Source: Paramecium tetraurelia
Taxonomy: Eukaryota
NCBI GenBank assembly: GCA_000165425.1
Contig: CT868048.1
Span: 62,001 to 126,000, forward strand
Direction of reading: 5' to 3'
Length of the DNA stretch: 64,000 nucleotides
This document shows positions 39,597 to 54,962 of the stretch, one piece after another. A program made the position numbers and the translations under genes. The number at the start of each line of letters is the position of its first letter. Positions within the stretch are counted from its first letter, which is position 1. The notes below the pieces were generated by a model. The model was not told where the DNA came from. It searched no databases and saw only the letters and a list, made by a program, of their open reading frames with translations.

Positions 39597-42500
39597 ATGA
39601 AAATATTATTCTGGTTGATCTCATAGGGATATATGTGGCTACCTAGAAAAATACAGAAATCGGTCTAATAATCTTTACTTTTATAACAGGGAATTGATTA
39701 AACACAAAAAGTATCAACTAAAATTTAAATTAGATTGAATTCTCGAATGGAGAGGTGTAAAAGATCACCAATTTTGAAATTCCAACCAATAATATCAAAT
39801 TAATTAGTGTATGGAAATCTTATATTTGTTTAGATTAATACTATAATTGGGACATTTATAGAAAATATAATAAGCATTGAAAACATAATAATATTAGGAA
39901 TTCTAATTATCCTACTTTCTGGTAAAACTTATCGTCACGATGAAAACGAAGAGATCATTGTGTATTATACTCTATTTTGTTACCTTCTCAATCTATTGTT
40001 ATCTCTTGCAAATATACTATTAATTGCCTTTTAACGAATGATATAATAAAAAGCCATCAATTCTTAAAAATGCACTATCATTGCTAAATTCCCAGATATT
40101 ACTGCGAAGCAAATCTCAAATGAAAACAAAGAGTAATTTAACAATTATTATTTCAATAGGTTGAGTTCATATTAAACTATAACTTGGAGTTAATTAACAG
40201 TTGGTCACATTATATGCTTACAATAGAATGAGTAGAGTCCTGCCGATTTATTGATCTTGGATTCAAGTAAAGAGCAAGTTCTAATCAATTTTGATTAAAG
40301 AACTCCATGCTCGTGTACTTTTGTTAGTTTAAATTAAACAATCAAGGGAAATATATTAGACTTCAAAACAAAGTTAAGTGGAACTATTTAATTCACTATT
40401 ACAGATCTTTAAATATAGGGGACTATTAAAATGAAAAATGATCCAAAATTAACCCCTTTTACCAAAAAGAATATGATTTAGAGAGGAGAAATCCTGGATT
40501 CAGTGGATTGGATTTTTGGTATGGTTATTAGAGTCGGTAATGATTGCATTGCTTAGGCTAATTTTTCCAATTAGAACTTTACACAATCAAGTTGGATACA
40601 CAATATTTATTAGTAAATTGTACTAATATGTATAGTATTGTTTATAATATTATTCGTTCCAAATATCATTTATTATTCTTTTTAATCTTATGAGAAGTAT
40701 TTCTATAGTAGTATCACCTATTGTTTATTAGTAATACCCCAAAATTTATTATGGTTAAATTAATTGTGGCTTATGATTAACATGATAACAAATAATAAGA
40801 AATTTAATAAGAAAGAAGATAAAGTTTGTGTTACGTAGAAATCAATGAATAGATTGTTAACCGAAATCAATGAAAATCAGTTACTTATTATATCTGAAAA
40901 TGAAAAGAAAGTGCTATTGCCAATATAAAAATAGTTTAAAATGAATCACCCTAAGACAGTACAAACAGAAACTGAACCCCATAAATAGTAAAAGACAGAA
41001 AGAAATTTAAAAGGAATTTTGACCTTTTCCCCAAAAAATATACTAGATATGATCAAAGGAGATATGATCTTAATAAATAATCCTCAAGAAATATTTAAAA
41101 ATAAGCATTAAATTGTGTAGATAATAACCAACAGTTAAAAATAATATATATTTAACTACTAAAAATTGTAAGAATTAATATAGAAAGCATCTCCAACATT
41201 GAAAACCAATTATGATAAATTATTAATAGATACTAATAGACAATAGACCAATGATGAATAGAAGACATAAGATTTAGATTTTTTATTGGCAGAGAAAAAA
41301 GTTCCAAATTTAAGAAATTCAAATGAAGGTCTTAATTAAATAAAGAAGCTTTAATTGGCTAAAAGGGAGGATTTTGGAATCAAAAGTTTATCAAGTGCAT
41401 AAAAACAATAATTACCTAAAAAGAAAAGTACAAGGTATATTTTTGATTAATCCTTTGCGAAGAAATCATTAGAAAGAATTGATTCAATGAAAGATCTTAG
41501 TAAATTAAATACTAATTCTTCAAATGGTAATATTACTCCTCTTGTTTCAATTTCAAAATAAAGAAGTTAGTTTTTTGGCAAAGGGGGAACTATGATAAAA
41601 CAGTTCAATAATTATAACTCTTCTCTATAAATATCTCCAATCAAATAGAACGAAGATCAAGGCACAGACAGATTAGTTGGAGATTATAATAATGAATAAG
41701 ATTTTATAGAATAGCTCTATAAAAAGGATGACACTCTTCATAATGAAATATTATTGATGATTCTAATTACAAATAATATTTTAAGTGTTTTCGATGATTA
41801 AAAAAGGTAGTTACAATTTAATTTTGGGAATAAATTTGATGAGTCTTTATTAGAATTTACAAAGGTCTTCAATTATTAACTGTTGTGCAGTACTGAGATC
41901 GAAAACTCAAGATTGGATTATCAATTAAAAACTTATATCAAAAAGGTGATTTCTATTGAAAATCAAGTGAAAGTTTTTGAAGTTTTAGCATTTTTGGAGC
42001 CGACTGAAAATAGAAAGAATACTCTATCTGTTTTAGTAAGAGATCCTGAATCATTTCTATTGGAAGAAGGTTCGATTCTATATACAAGAATTTAAACTAA
42101 TTAATTAAAGAACATCATTAAAGGAAAAAATGATTCTAATAGCAAACCGTCTGAATATTATAATACTTATAACGAGTAATTATAAGAATTATTATGGGAT
42201 GGCCAATCAACTTTTGTATATAGTAAACGTTAGTTGAGCTAAGGACAAACATAAGAGTTCTTATCAAAATTGTCTTAATTGCATGATGCTTACGGTAATA
42301 GATCATAAGAAATAGAAATTGAATATAAAAAGTTAGAGTCACAAAATGAAATCTTGTTTATTATAGGGATTAAATCTGGGTATTAGAATAATTAAATACA
42401 AATTTCACAAAATGAGTTTAACGTAGATTCTCTGAAGGAGGATAAGCTTTTTCAAACTTTGTATATCCAAAACATCAAGACCTGTTTAACTACATCAGAG

Positions 42501-45500
42501 TCATATGAAGAATTGATTATTTTTCTTAGATCACATTAAGTAGTTTAAAAAGAATAAATTATTCATTTTAATGAAAGGGATGTGCAATAATTGTAATATA
42601 GGTTTAGATAACATATATAATATATGTTAGAAGAATAGGATATCATGGGATCTGATGTATAAAAGCATATGGAGAAATATATAATCATCAGCAAACAGTC
42701 ATTCAAGATAATATTGTAAGATGATTATCTAAAATATCATTTTGTATTTATAACATAATTTGCAAGTGGTTTGGGAGCCTATGAATTTACAGGTAAATGC
42801 AATGGATAACTAATAAAGTTACTAAAATTAAATAACAAGAAAATAATTAGTATTGGAAATTCTCTACAAAACAACTATTAGTTTAATAAGTCAGACATTA
42901 GTTTTACATTGGCTTAAAATAATCCTTTCTTTTGTATCACTTAGCCAAATTTCATAGTTAAAAATATAAAGTAAATATTTTCATTCTTATACTTTTATTG
43001 CACTCAGTATTTACAAAATTACATTTCTCTTTTAGAAATCTAATTATACAGAAGCACTCTAATCGGATTATCAGTATTTGGAATAAGTTTTTCTTAAAAC
43101 GATATCAATTTATTTACATTGATAATATTTTATCTTATCCCTAGCAACTTATTAACATTCATTTTCTAACAATACTTGCTTATTATTTAAGTAGATTATG
43201 ATTTGAAGAATTTTAATATTTTTGCAAAAAGATTAAACATACTAAAAAACGAAAACATGTTCAATTAGATAAGCAAAATTATTATTATAGCATTGTTTGA
43301 TTCAGCATTGGTAATTTTATTAGAAAAGGCAATTATACATGTGTCTTCCAGTGATGGAAGGATAAATTAAACAATTCAAGTTTTGTTGTTGTATTTGGGT
43401 ATTGAGCTTTTGGAGAAAAGTAAGTTATTATTTATTGTTTTTGATATGTTTAAGGATCTTTTATATAAGATTAAGCAGACACTTATAATTCTCTCTATAA
43501 TATTGGTTTTATCATTTAGCTATTTAATAGTGCAGTCATTATAAGATAATTAGGAGATTTCATTACAAATAAATAACTTAGGATTGGTAGTTTTTATATT
43601 CATGGCTGTCTTTTTAGTAGGAGTATCTTTTGTTCTGTATTAATTACTTCAGTTGATTAATATTGAGTTCTCATTTCCACTTGATAATGCATAATTAGAT
43701 ATTCATATGAAGCAGATCACTGATATAAAACAAAACCTGAATTTGGAGACTAATGAGAAAGGACACTTTCAAAACATAAAGAAAATGATAGAAACATTAT
43801 TTGAGAATATGGATATAGTGGATGAATAGATAACTAAATTTATAAAGGTTGATTAGACAACAATAGATTACATGGATAAAACTCATGGATTTTATGATAG
43901 AAGAACGGAGAATGATTTTATGGATTTCTTTAGATAATAGAATTGGCAAAAGTTTAGCTTATTATATGTAGTTATATTTTATGAAGTAACGATATTTATA
44001 ATTCACTTATACGAGATTATGATGTCCACCTTTTCAACATCTATTCTGATAATAATCATCATCTAATTTTAGTTATAATTGTGTATTGTAATTCTGTAAT
44101 TCAGATTCATTTACAATAGAACTCTGTAGTAATAATTGTAAATCCTATCATTTGCATTACGATTCGTTTTTAAAATCATAATAGATTTAGTCTACTTGGA
44201 TCAAAACAAGGAATTCACTGCTTTTCTCTATCACACTTTATTTATTATATCTTTTGCACTCACAACCCAACCAAAGATCAACATGTATTTATACGTTGCT
44301 TTGCAAGTGATTATGTATCTATTTAATTTAGTATTTGATGGATTCACTATTAATTTTGAGAATGTTAATCAAGCCATATTCTGCACATTGAAATACTTTT
44401 TTATTATTATTGAGATCTCATATCCTATTTTTAATTACATACAGAAAATATAATTCTTATAAAGATCATAGTATGTGTATTAAAATAGATTAACAAAGGA
44501 ATAGAAGAAAATTAATAGTGTATTAGGTCTATTAATGCCTCGATTCATTCAGGAAAGAATGAATAAAGGCCAGATTTAAATCTCCTAAGATCAAGGAGAT
44601 GTTAGTGTTTTATTTTGTGACATTTATTAGTTTGATAAAGTAATTAAAGATTAATAGGAAAAAATCATTGAATTTTTAGATACCATTTATAGAGCCTTTG
44701 ATTAATTGTGTTAAAACTATGATTTGCAGAAAATTGAAACCGTTGGGAAAACCTATATGGCTGCGGGTGGTCTTAAGGATTATGATGTTGTAATAAGTAA
44801 GTTCACATTTGATTTTTGTAGATTAAAAAAATGGAAATAGCACTTCCAGAGCCCTTGAAACTGCAATATAAATGATGGAAACAGTCAAAACCATGAAATA
44901 TGGAGATAACTAGGATGTTCAATTGAAAATAGGAATCCATTATGGCAGAGTGATTGCTGGAGTTATTGGTGTTCATAAACCTTAGTTTTCCTTAATAGGA
45001 GACACAGTGAATACAACAAGTAGAGTTTGTAGTACAGGAGAAGCTGGATTTATTACGTTAAGCGAGGCTGCATATTTAAATATCAAGGACAATACTAAAT
45101 ATTAATTTGAATAGAGATCAGTTGCTGCCAAAGGAAAAGGCATGCTTGAAACTTTTAGATTAATTGTGTAGTAAAAAGAATCGACCAAAAATTTGACTCC
45201 AAAGGCATCAACATAAGAATGTTAAGACAAAATTTCAATCCTAGGGTAAGAATCAAAAAAAAAAATATTGAATTACAAGTCACCTGCAGACAAAAAGAAT
45301 ATTCTTAAAAGATCATCTGCTTAACCAGCTTAAATTGGTGCCTTAATGCATGGCGATCATGCGAAATCTCCAAAACTAGTTATTAGATAATTACATAGAG
45401 AAACACAATCTTCCATTATGCCAAATATGATTTTAAAATAGAAACCATCTGCAGAAAATAATTCAGAATCTAAACGTTTGAATTAAAACAAATCGAAATC

Positions 45501-47611
45501 ATTTAATTAGGTATTCTTATTTTATTATTTGTAAGAATGATGACATCCAAATGAACCATTCAAATAATGCCAAGACTCCTGGGTTCTAAAAGAATTGGAT
45601 TCAAAAACGTCAAAGCATTCTAGATAATAATTAAGCAAATGTCTAAACAATACAATATATTTAATAAGGATCAATTACATAGCTTTAATTCCAACCTGAT
45701 CCTAGACTTCTTAATTAAGCTGTATCTTCATCCTGCCAATAGCAAATACTTTAATCAGGAGTGAACTTATCTCATTAATCAAATCAATAGTAATTCTTAA
45801 ACTCAGCTGATCAATTACTAAAGATTTCTGATTAACAAGCAGATAACAACAAATAGGAGGGCTTAAATTGTATTCCTAGGCCATTAATAAAGAAGAAAGG
45901 AACCCTAATTTTGGGAGAATTGACTTAAAGGAAGGCAGGAATCATGAAATCTAATACTAAAATAATAATACCTGAGGAAAGGGAAAAAAATCAGATTATT
46001 AAAATATCTGGTGTAGGTGGAGAGAATGAACCATTAATGGAACAGAAAATATAAATCAGAAATTAAAGATCTTTAAAATTACAATAACTTTAAGATTCTA
46101 GTTCAGCTTTAAAGAAAAGTCCAGAATCTAATATTGAAAGATTAGAAGAATTAGAAATAGCGAAAAAAAAGTTGATAATCACATCTGAATAGAAGTTTGA
46201 CTATTAGACATTAGAGAAAATCAAAAAGTATAAATTAGATTATGACGAGAAGTCTATTTTTGAAATAGATAGTAATTAATTCAAGAATGATGATTAATAA
46301 CTATATCATTCTATCTATGAGGAATATAAAGAGTAGGAAAAGCCATAGATGAGAACTATTTTAATATTTCTAACCATCTTAAACATGTTTAAGGGTTTGC
46401 TTTTATTTATTTTAAGTTAGGAATTTTACAATTCCTATATTGAATTAATAATTATTTAGGTTTGCAAGTTTTTTATGTGTTCAATTTTGACCATTTGTTA
46501 TTCAAAGATTTAGGATAAAATGAACCTTGAAAAGCTTAAGATTATAATTTGGATTTATTTTGTTAGTTCAAGTAGTCTTTCTATATTAATAATCTTTTTT
46601 GAAGAGTAGGAGGAGTTTGAAGTAATTTTATAAATAAGTTCTATAACAGCTTTGTATTTAAATATTTATCTTTCATAAATCTTAAATTATGAAGATAGAT
46701 AGAAATTTGTTGCTATATTTATGATTGCTATAACAATAATGATTGTTTATGAAAAATACATTTTAGAAATAATTATTTATTAGTTGGGAATTGCAGGATT
46801 AACCTTTTTTTGTTAAATGCAAGAGAAGGAATTACTATTTAAGAACTATTTAATAAGTTTATAGTTATCAACTTAAATAGCAAAATACGAGAATATGCTC
46901 CAATATTTGATGCCTCCACATGCTTTGAGAAGATTGTTGAATCCTGTTCAAGAGAATACGGACACATTCATGGATGTATTGGAAAACACTACTGTTTTAT
47001 TTGCAGACATTGCTGGTTTCACTAAATATTCAAGTTCTGTTGAACCAGAAACTGTGGTCGATATGCTTAGAAATTTATTCTCAAACTTTGATTAGTATTG
47101 TTAGAAAGCAGAAATTTATAAGTTGTTTACCATTGGAGATTGTTATGTTTGCATGGGTGTCTTAGATTGTAATAATAGAGATCCTGCAGGGGAAGTAAGT
47201 TTTAGTTTTAGACTAGGCCTAAAAAGTCTTGGCATTTGGATTTAGTATGATTGAAATCATCAATCATTATAAAATGGATCCCCAGTATTAACATCTGAAT
47301 ATGAGAATTGGAGTCCACACAGGCAGAGTATTGGGAGGCGTTGTTGGAACAGATGTTGTTAGATATGATATCTATGGAGAAGATGTTACTATTGCAAATC
47401 TTATGGAGTCATCAGGATAAGTAATAAAAAATAAGAATATTCTTAGGAAGGAAAAATACTTGTTAGTGATGCCACTAAAAATTTAGTTGAAAGTGAATAT
47501 GAGGGATTCTAATTCGATTATGCCAAAGATGTTTATCTACCCTCAAAAAATATGACCATATCTACTTACTTTGTTTAACCAAGTGAGATAGAGTACAGTT
47601 AAGATGATTGA
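39597..47611 (+). CDS. Alveolate-type guanylyl cyclase with N-terminal degenerate P4-ATPase-like domain and two cyclase domains
   Basis: WSQLTVGHIICL..PADLLIL (P-type A domain); first cyclase domain KIETVGKTYMA...HKPQFSLIGDTVNTTSR; second LFADIAGFT...TIGDCY...RYDIYGEDV. Confidence 0.92.
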
Positions 47612-48388
47612 TATTTCTTCCTTAATTAATTTATATATCTAATAATTTACTTTATGATTTCAACTACAAGGCCAACAATGTAAGTTAAATTTTCTTTTGC
47701 TTCGTGAAAAACATAGAAAATTTATTATTATAAGCAATTCGATCTATCATGAAAAATGAATTGTTTAAGTAAGTAGGAAAATTTCCATCTTCTTATAAAA
47801 ATAGGATTTATGAATAGAGCAATAAATTTAGCATTTGAAAGCTTCCAACGACTTACAACAAACTGAAATTATAGGTTCTAGAATAATCTTAGGATATCAA
47901 CTTTTTTGAATGGTCACATTATATTAAGTTGTATTTTATAGAACAAGTAAATATGTTATGTTTGTTACTGTGATTTATAACAAAGATCTTTTGAAATTAT
48001 AAAATCATTGCTCAGACAATCCATTTTCTATAAATTGAATTAATTTTTTGATTAATATTTGCCATTTTATACTCATATTATAAATTATTTTATTAAATTG
48101 TTGTTTATAAATAATTAAAAATCCTTTAAAATTATTTAATTATAGATTTACCAGAAAATTATATACACAAAAAGGATTATGAAAATGAAAGTGGAGGGTT
48201 TTTGTTAGATTGTTTGATATATTGTATGGTTATTTGTCGCTTATTTGCTTCCTTAAAAATATTATAATGAATTCGACAAATAATTATAATTATTTGGATA
48301 AGATTTTTTAAACATATTTCAATAAGATTGAAAACACCTTGAAATGATAAAATCTATTGTATTAGGATAAGATGAGCATAAAACATAA

Positions 48389-48649
48389 TCATGATAATTT
48401 GATTTCACAAAATATGGGTTAGGCCCGAGCATTTCTTTTAAAAAATTTGTTTCTAAACAATCCGAATTCCTTTTTATCATTCTCCTTATCATTTTTTGAA
48501 TAAAAGTCTTCTTCCTTCTTTTTGGGGTCCGTACAAAATTGAATCTTTTGCTATCTTAGATAGGTCAGGATTGATTTTATTTTGTGATTCGGTTTATGAT
48601 ACAATTCCAATTCTAGTGAATCAAGACTTGAATTTAGGTCTTCTTGCAT
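48389..48649 (-). CDS. Possible small hypothetical protein, 86 aa (MQEDLNSSLDSLELE...KSILTY...KIQF)
   Basis: Code-6 ORF, richer in GC than the surrounding AT desert. Confidence 0.4.
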
Positions 48650-49630
48650 AAAATATTTTAATTTCAATTAAACAAGAATAAATATTTTTTTTTAATATCA
48701 CTAAAACATAGTCGTTAATTCCAAACCTAATTTATATTATTTATTACCAATATAGTATACTCAATCACCGTCTATCAATAAATCTATTTTTAGTATTATT
48801 TAAATATATAAAATATAAAGATCAAAATTATAATAAGTAAATTCATAACAAAGAATTTTAAATAAAATGTATTGACATAAATAGTTTTACAATTAGCAAG
48901 AATCGAAAGTTTTATTTAATTAAATCAATATCCTAAATATTATGATTTAATTTAGAAATTATGTAAAACAATCAAACTTTTAGAAAGGTAAAATAATGGT
49001 TTGAATTCAAAAAGAACACTGTTTATAATTGATGTTCTAAAAAATATAGTTAAAGTAATACTTAAACTTTTATTATAAATATTTTATATTATGTTTCAAA
49101 ATGTTAATTAAAAGCAATAGTAATATTTCAATTAAAATTCAATTTTATATTAATAATACAAATAAATTTCAGGTAAATGCGGAAATTGGATTTACTTTAA
49201 TTTCAGCAAGATCGTGTATATATATTGGTAATATTCAGATTTTGAATTACTTATAAGAGTATAATAAGATTGAATTATATTAAGTAATATTGATTACAAT
49301 AATTCCAACTTTGCATTGATCAATTGACCTCTTTGAAATTAGTTATCAAGAGCTCATTTTATCGATGTGCTAAACATTTTATAGTTTATTATATTGATGC
49401 ACTATAATTAAATTAATAAAATAATTAAATTCCGAACTCAAATTTTAAATAGAATGTCTTTAGTTTGGTTCTTTGAATATCGATTGGAAAATGAACATAG
49501 ATGATTTCATGTTACAGAATAAATGAATATTAGGATTGAAATTTTGAAATATGAAGAACCAATAAAATGGCTATAAAAATATGTTATAGTTTGAAATATT
49601 CAAGAATTTTACTACAATATAGAATAAGTT

Positions 49631-52187
49631 TCAAATAATAGATGCAATCAATATAGATACTTAATAATATATTGATTCCATTTCTTCTACAGATGAAATA
49701 GTTTGATACTTAATATCGTTTAAGTTATCAACGCTTTAAATTAGCTCTTGGTACAAAGTATTAAATATTTTTAATTACCCAACTAAGTTTATTTTAATAA
49801 GTCTGTTAGATAACTCAACAATTTAATTTTACTTTTGTTTTTGAAATTGTTTTTCCTCTTTGACTTCACTTCTAATATCTTCATAATATGGAGAGGGTGT
49901 TATTAGCATAGGTGCTATTCGACTTTATCGATGATGATTTAAGATATCCTTAATCTTCACTCTTTTTTAATATTTTCCACTCTTTTTATCATTCAAGATC
50001 TTTTTTTAGATATCTTATTCAGCTTCTCTCACTTAAGCGAAGTTTAATAACATTTATTTGCCCATTACCATACTGGTTCTTTCTTGATTATAATTAAGCT
50101 TATTTTCTATGATCGATAATCTTTCTAACAGCCATCTTAAATATTGCTTGATACTTCCATTTCTTCTCTTGTTTATATCCAAAAATGTATCTCATTAATT
50201 TCTTATGCAATTATTGATATGAATCTTTAACTATGTTTCTTTTGAATTGTCTTTCCAAAATTTACTTTTTTGATACAAATTAATTCATCATTTCTCCATC
50301 CATTGCGCTTATTCTTTTTATTTATTTTGCACTTTCTATTGAGAAATAAAGAAATGAAATACTCTTAATTCTGGAAATGCTCTCTTGCAATAACAGTCTT
50401 CTTCTTAATCCTAACTACTCAATCTCAAATAGTAATTTTTCATCTTCTTACACTAATTGTAAGAATTGCAATACAGGACACATAATTACTACAGAGTCTT
50501 TACCAGCAATAGCCGATTGTTTACGATTACTATCTTCGAGGATTTCAATTTCACCAAATATATATCCTTCTTTGATATTAAGAAGTGTGTTGCCATCATT
50601 GTCACACAGACGAATTTCTCCAGCAACTAAGAAAAACACCTCAAGACTGGGAGATCCATTAAAATATATTGTTTCGTATTGTTTAAAACAGTAGATAGTG
50701 AAATGAGGTAGAATTGCTGCTGCAAAGTTAATATCAAAGGCAAAGATATTTACATTTTCAATCAGTTATTTTTGACAAAAAGCTATAGCATATACTTTAA
50801 GTTGAGAAGGCAAGGTTTCAATAATTCTGTTATCTTTGTTATATAAATGAAATACTTCTTGTAATTCCAAAATGGATTGTTTTCGATATTATAATAATAA
50901 TAGGAAAATAACTAAGCACTTAATTCTTCTGGAATAAGGATCTGAGACATGAGGGTCTCAAGAGCTTCTAGATCTTCATCAAATCCTTCAGTCGAAGATT
51001 GTTATTCCAATATTGCAGCTAAATTGCCAATAGTGAATGAATAGAATCCAACTCCTACAAAAATCCATATAATTGTTAAATTATATTGCATAGATGTAGT
51101 GATAGCTACATCACCATATCCAATGACGGTGACTGTTTGTATAGCCCAGTATAAGCCATGAATATAAATTGATATGGCATTATCTTCTGCATTTATTCCC
51201 TCATATTACTATACAGAATAAAACAAACAACCAAATAAACTAATCAAAATGAGCATATTTTTGAATATTTTTAGTATGCTCCACAACTTGCCTTCTAATT
51301 AAAATAGTTTTTCAAAGTATTAGGATTAGTCTTTGGATTTCTACGTTTCTTAGTATATTTATCTTTCATTATAGCTAAAATATTTAATGAATCTTATTAA
51401 TTTTAAAAGATTTAAACACAATTATTCAGTAAAACTATTAACAAATAATTTGTATGGGATGATACTAATGAGGTCAAATACTAGCCATCTCTATAAATTA
51501 AATAGAAAAATAGCTTAGAATGTATTGATTAAGTTATAGTTTTTATCAATCTGACATGTAATTAATTTAAGAATGATATCTATGAAATACATGCTATCCA
51601 AAATCAAAATAAGTATAGTCATCACATCCTAAAAATAATGAATATGAATACTAAACTTCGATAATCTGATAAACTAATGTAGATTGGATACAACATTAAA
51701 GTAATAGATGTTTGAAATTACATAAAGTATTTCCAGACTTGCAATTAATTTGGATAAAATGGCAGCTTTTTTCTTTTCTTATGAATTTATTTAAGTTATG
51801 AAGTTTTATCTGACTCTTTAGTTTGATTAATGTGTCTAAAAAATGACAATAGAATCATCAATCTTCGTGATGCAACATCAAATTTGCTTTTTGCTACTCG
51901 CTCTCTAAAATAATCATCTTCTTCAACAATTTAATCTTGACTTGTAAACTAACTGCGTTTCGGAGTTAAAAATGCCCTATTACTTATTCCACTTCAATAA
52001 TATCAAATTATACTGTTTTGGTGATATAATGAGAGTGGTTTCCTTTGATGTATGTCTACTTTACCTAATTGTATTAAATAGTTTGAGTGAACTATTCAAG
52101 TAAAAAGATATTATACTCTAATCCTGTTTTATAATCCTTTGTATCAATTGGAGATGAGCAACTTGGATGAACCTATCCAACACTCAT
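49631..52187 (-). CDS. Cyclic-nucleotide-binding-domain potassium channel (EAG/HCN-like)
   Basis: Pore YWAIQTVTVIGYGDV, S6 GVGFYSFTIGNL, CNBD FFLVAGEI...GYIFGEIEIL..R..SAIA. Confidence 0.92.
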
Positions 52188-52960
52188 TTATATGTTAATT
52201 TTTCTAATATTTACAATTACTTAAAGCTTATAATGTAGATAATAACTAAGCCAAATATAATAAAATAGCAAGTGTATGACAGGCATGAAAGTTACTCTGA
52301 ACTGTATGCAATCTAACACATTAACTATACTATTTCAAACAAATGACTGTGCCAAAAATATTTAAGTCAAATTCGAAAATCCTAAATGTCGAAACCTATT
52401 TAGGGGGAGGATAAGATTAAATGTCAAGAAATATAGTAGAGCATGAAGTAAAGGATGCATATACTTTTAATTGGACAATGAGTGTATCACTTTACAATAT
52501 TATTAGCCAAAATGTAGAATATATGATACATTTAATACAATATTGAGGGTATAAAATTATTGGAAGACTGATATTATCATATAACCTAAGGTAAAGAGGA
52601 CTTCAATTTTCATAGTTCAGGTTAATTTTGAAATTAAATTATTTCTATTAATCTGTTGAATATTCTCATTCCACTATTGTTGATTATTAAATGCAATTAA
52701 CTGATTATTAAATTACTTTAAAATTTTATCTAATTATAGTTCAGTTTTGTAATAAGCTCTGAATTACTAAATACTATAATTTAAGCACTAAAACTCATAT
52801 AACTTAAGGTCCAAAATTAATAAATATAAGTACATCGATTATTGATTATTAAATTTAAATAAAATAAGGGAAATTAATTATTAAATATTTTTGGTTTAAT
52901 CATCAATAATAATGATCATCATTATAAATATATTGTAGAGTATATTAATAAAACTATGAT

Positions 52961-54908
52961 TCATAATTAATAGGATTATTTCTTTGCACATTAGTATCCA
53001 TTTACACTTTTCATTCTACCTGTAGTTGATTATTCAATGTTTTCCTTTTATGGTTATTTTGAATTGTTTTGTTTTGATTAACAATTCTACTTCAATACTT
53101 GGTTATAAATAGATTCTGGAGGATGACTGCATAATTCCTTGTGAATTCTCTCTTTCAGAGTATCTTCACATACAGTATCTTAATTAGGTTAGGAAGTGTA
53201 TTATTAAATATTCATATTAGCCAGTATAAATTACCTCTTTCCTTCTATTTAATCTATGGAAGGCTATTTTGAATTGGCTCTACGATTGAGATTGTTATCT
53301 TACTTATGATTCAGTTGATTATTTATTCTAGGTTAAGCATTCTAGTGAAGAGGAGTCCAAGGTTTTTATTGTGGCTGTGAATCATAATTCTTTTTCGAAA
53401 TCTCTGTTTAATTCTTTTATTCTAATACATTATTATTCACTAAAGGATATTGATATTAGGCTTAAATAGATTGATATTATTACATTTTTAATTTACATGA
53501 TTGGCTAATAACTTAAAAGTTTGAGGAGTTGCATTTGTTAAGTGTTTTTGATGTTTAGGTGTCAATTATCTATCTTCAAAACTGTCTCTGTCTGACTGTT
53601 TAGATAGTCTTTATACATATACCTAATTAATATTATTAGTTAATTATTAATTTTATAGATCTTCTTATCTTTTCCCTTCAATTGTGATTTTCTACTTTTC
53701 ATAATATTTATCATTCAATTCAAATTAGTTATTAATGTTCTGCTCTCCTACGTTGATGATAGGCTTCAAACTATCTCTCTCATTAGAAGTTACTTAAGGA
53801 TTTATTCTATCTAGACAACCCTTAATTTGATAACTTTCTGGGGTGTTAGTATAAGTATAGCTTTCTCTCCTAGAATTTTACAATGTTGACACTGGATTTA
53901 AAAATGTATTCTCTTTTTGGTTTTGCTATTTTTCTAATATTTGAATAGTGTTTTTTGCAGGAGATTATATGTGATCTTTAACTGGATTAGAGCAAGTACT
54001 CTAGTAGATATCATCACCTTCCAATAATTCAAATACCTTCATCTTTGCAGGTGAATTTTTATATTTATTTATTATTTTTGGAGTGTCTTCCAGTTTAAGT
54101 TACTAAGGTAATTAATCAGAGGGATATTCAGTTTTGAACAATAAAGTATAACACATCTTATTCATCGCAGCTAATATTTGATTATGTTCAAATTTAATTG
54201 ACCTTTGTAAGTATTCTTAATTAAATTCCTGAATTTACACTTTTATTTAAGATACCTTTTTCTCATATCGACACATTATATCTTCAAATGGTTTCATTTC
54301 CATATTTTTAACTATGTTTTCATGATTATTCGCTATATCAATTTCAAATTGTTTTAATTATGCATCAATTTATTAGATTAGGCTAATTCTATCTGTAACT
54401 TATTTTAATTAATCAATGTGATCAGTTTCTAATTTAGATAAGTGTGTTAATTTCAACTAATTACTAGTGTTTATAATAGTTTCAAAGAATAAACTACAGT
54501 TTTCTTTTTATTCCTTTAATTACTTTTAGCCATTCATTTATAGATAGCTTAGTTAAGAGAATCTATTTGAACATTATTTTATGACTTCACTTAATTACTC
54601 TTAAAATCCCTATATTCTTTATTATCTATAAATTTCTGGTTGGTTCTCCTGTGTTTCCTCTATTTTCAATCCTTTGAGAGCTAAAGCCAAAGCACATTTT
54701 GAACAAAATAATTTACTGACATCTTATTGAACATAATATTTTGCCTGATTTATTAACATTGTTATACTTTTTTATTTGGATGTTATACACAACTGTTATT
54801 GCATTTTTCCTTTTGCTTGTAAATATTAGACTTCTTGAGTAATCGTTGTTATTCATTTTAAATATAGGATTTTTCATCGGAATCAGAAAAGGAAATTTAT
54901 CCACTCAT
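52961..54908 (-). CDS. Hypothetical protein with N-terminal B-box-like Cys/His motif and coiled coil
   Basis: CVQHPNKK..KYYV...FCSKCALALALKG, then Gln-rich coiled coil and low-complexity tail; TGA at 52961-52963. Confidence 0.7.
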
Positions 54909-54962
54909 TATCTGTTAAAATATAATTATAAATAAATAAAAAGAAGAAAGAATAGATAGTTT

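Noticed and set aside
47612..49630. Retained germline IES or transposon in the long AT-rich stretch
   Set aside because: No terminal inverted repeats, transposase motifs or interrupted gene seen; only a possible small ORF at 48389-48649
39597..52187. Guanylyl cyclase next to a cyclic-nucleotide-binding channel as a functional cluster
   Set aside because: Both families are highly expanded in Paramecium, so adjacency is expected by chance
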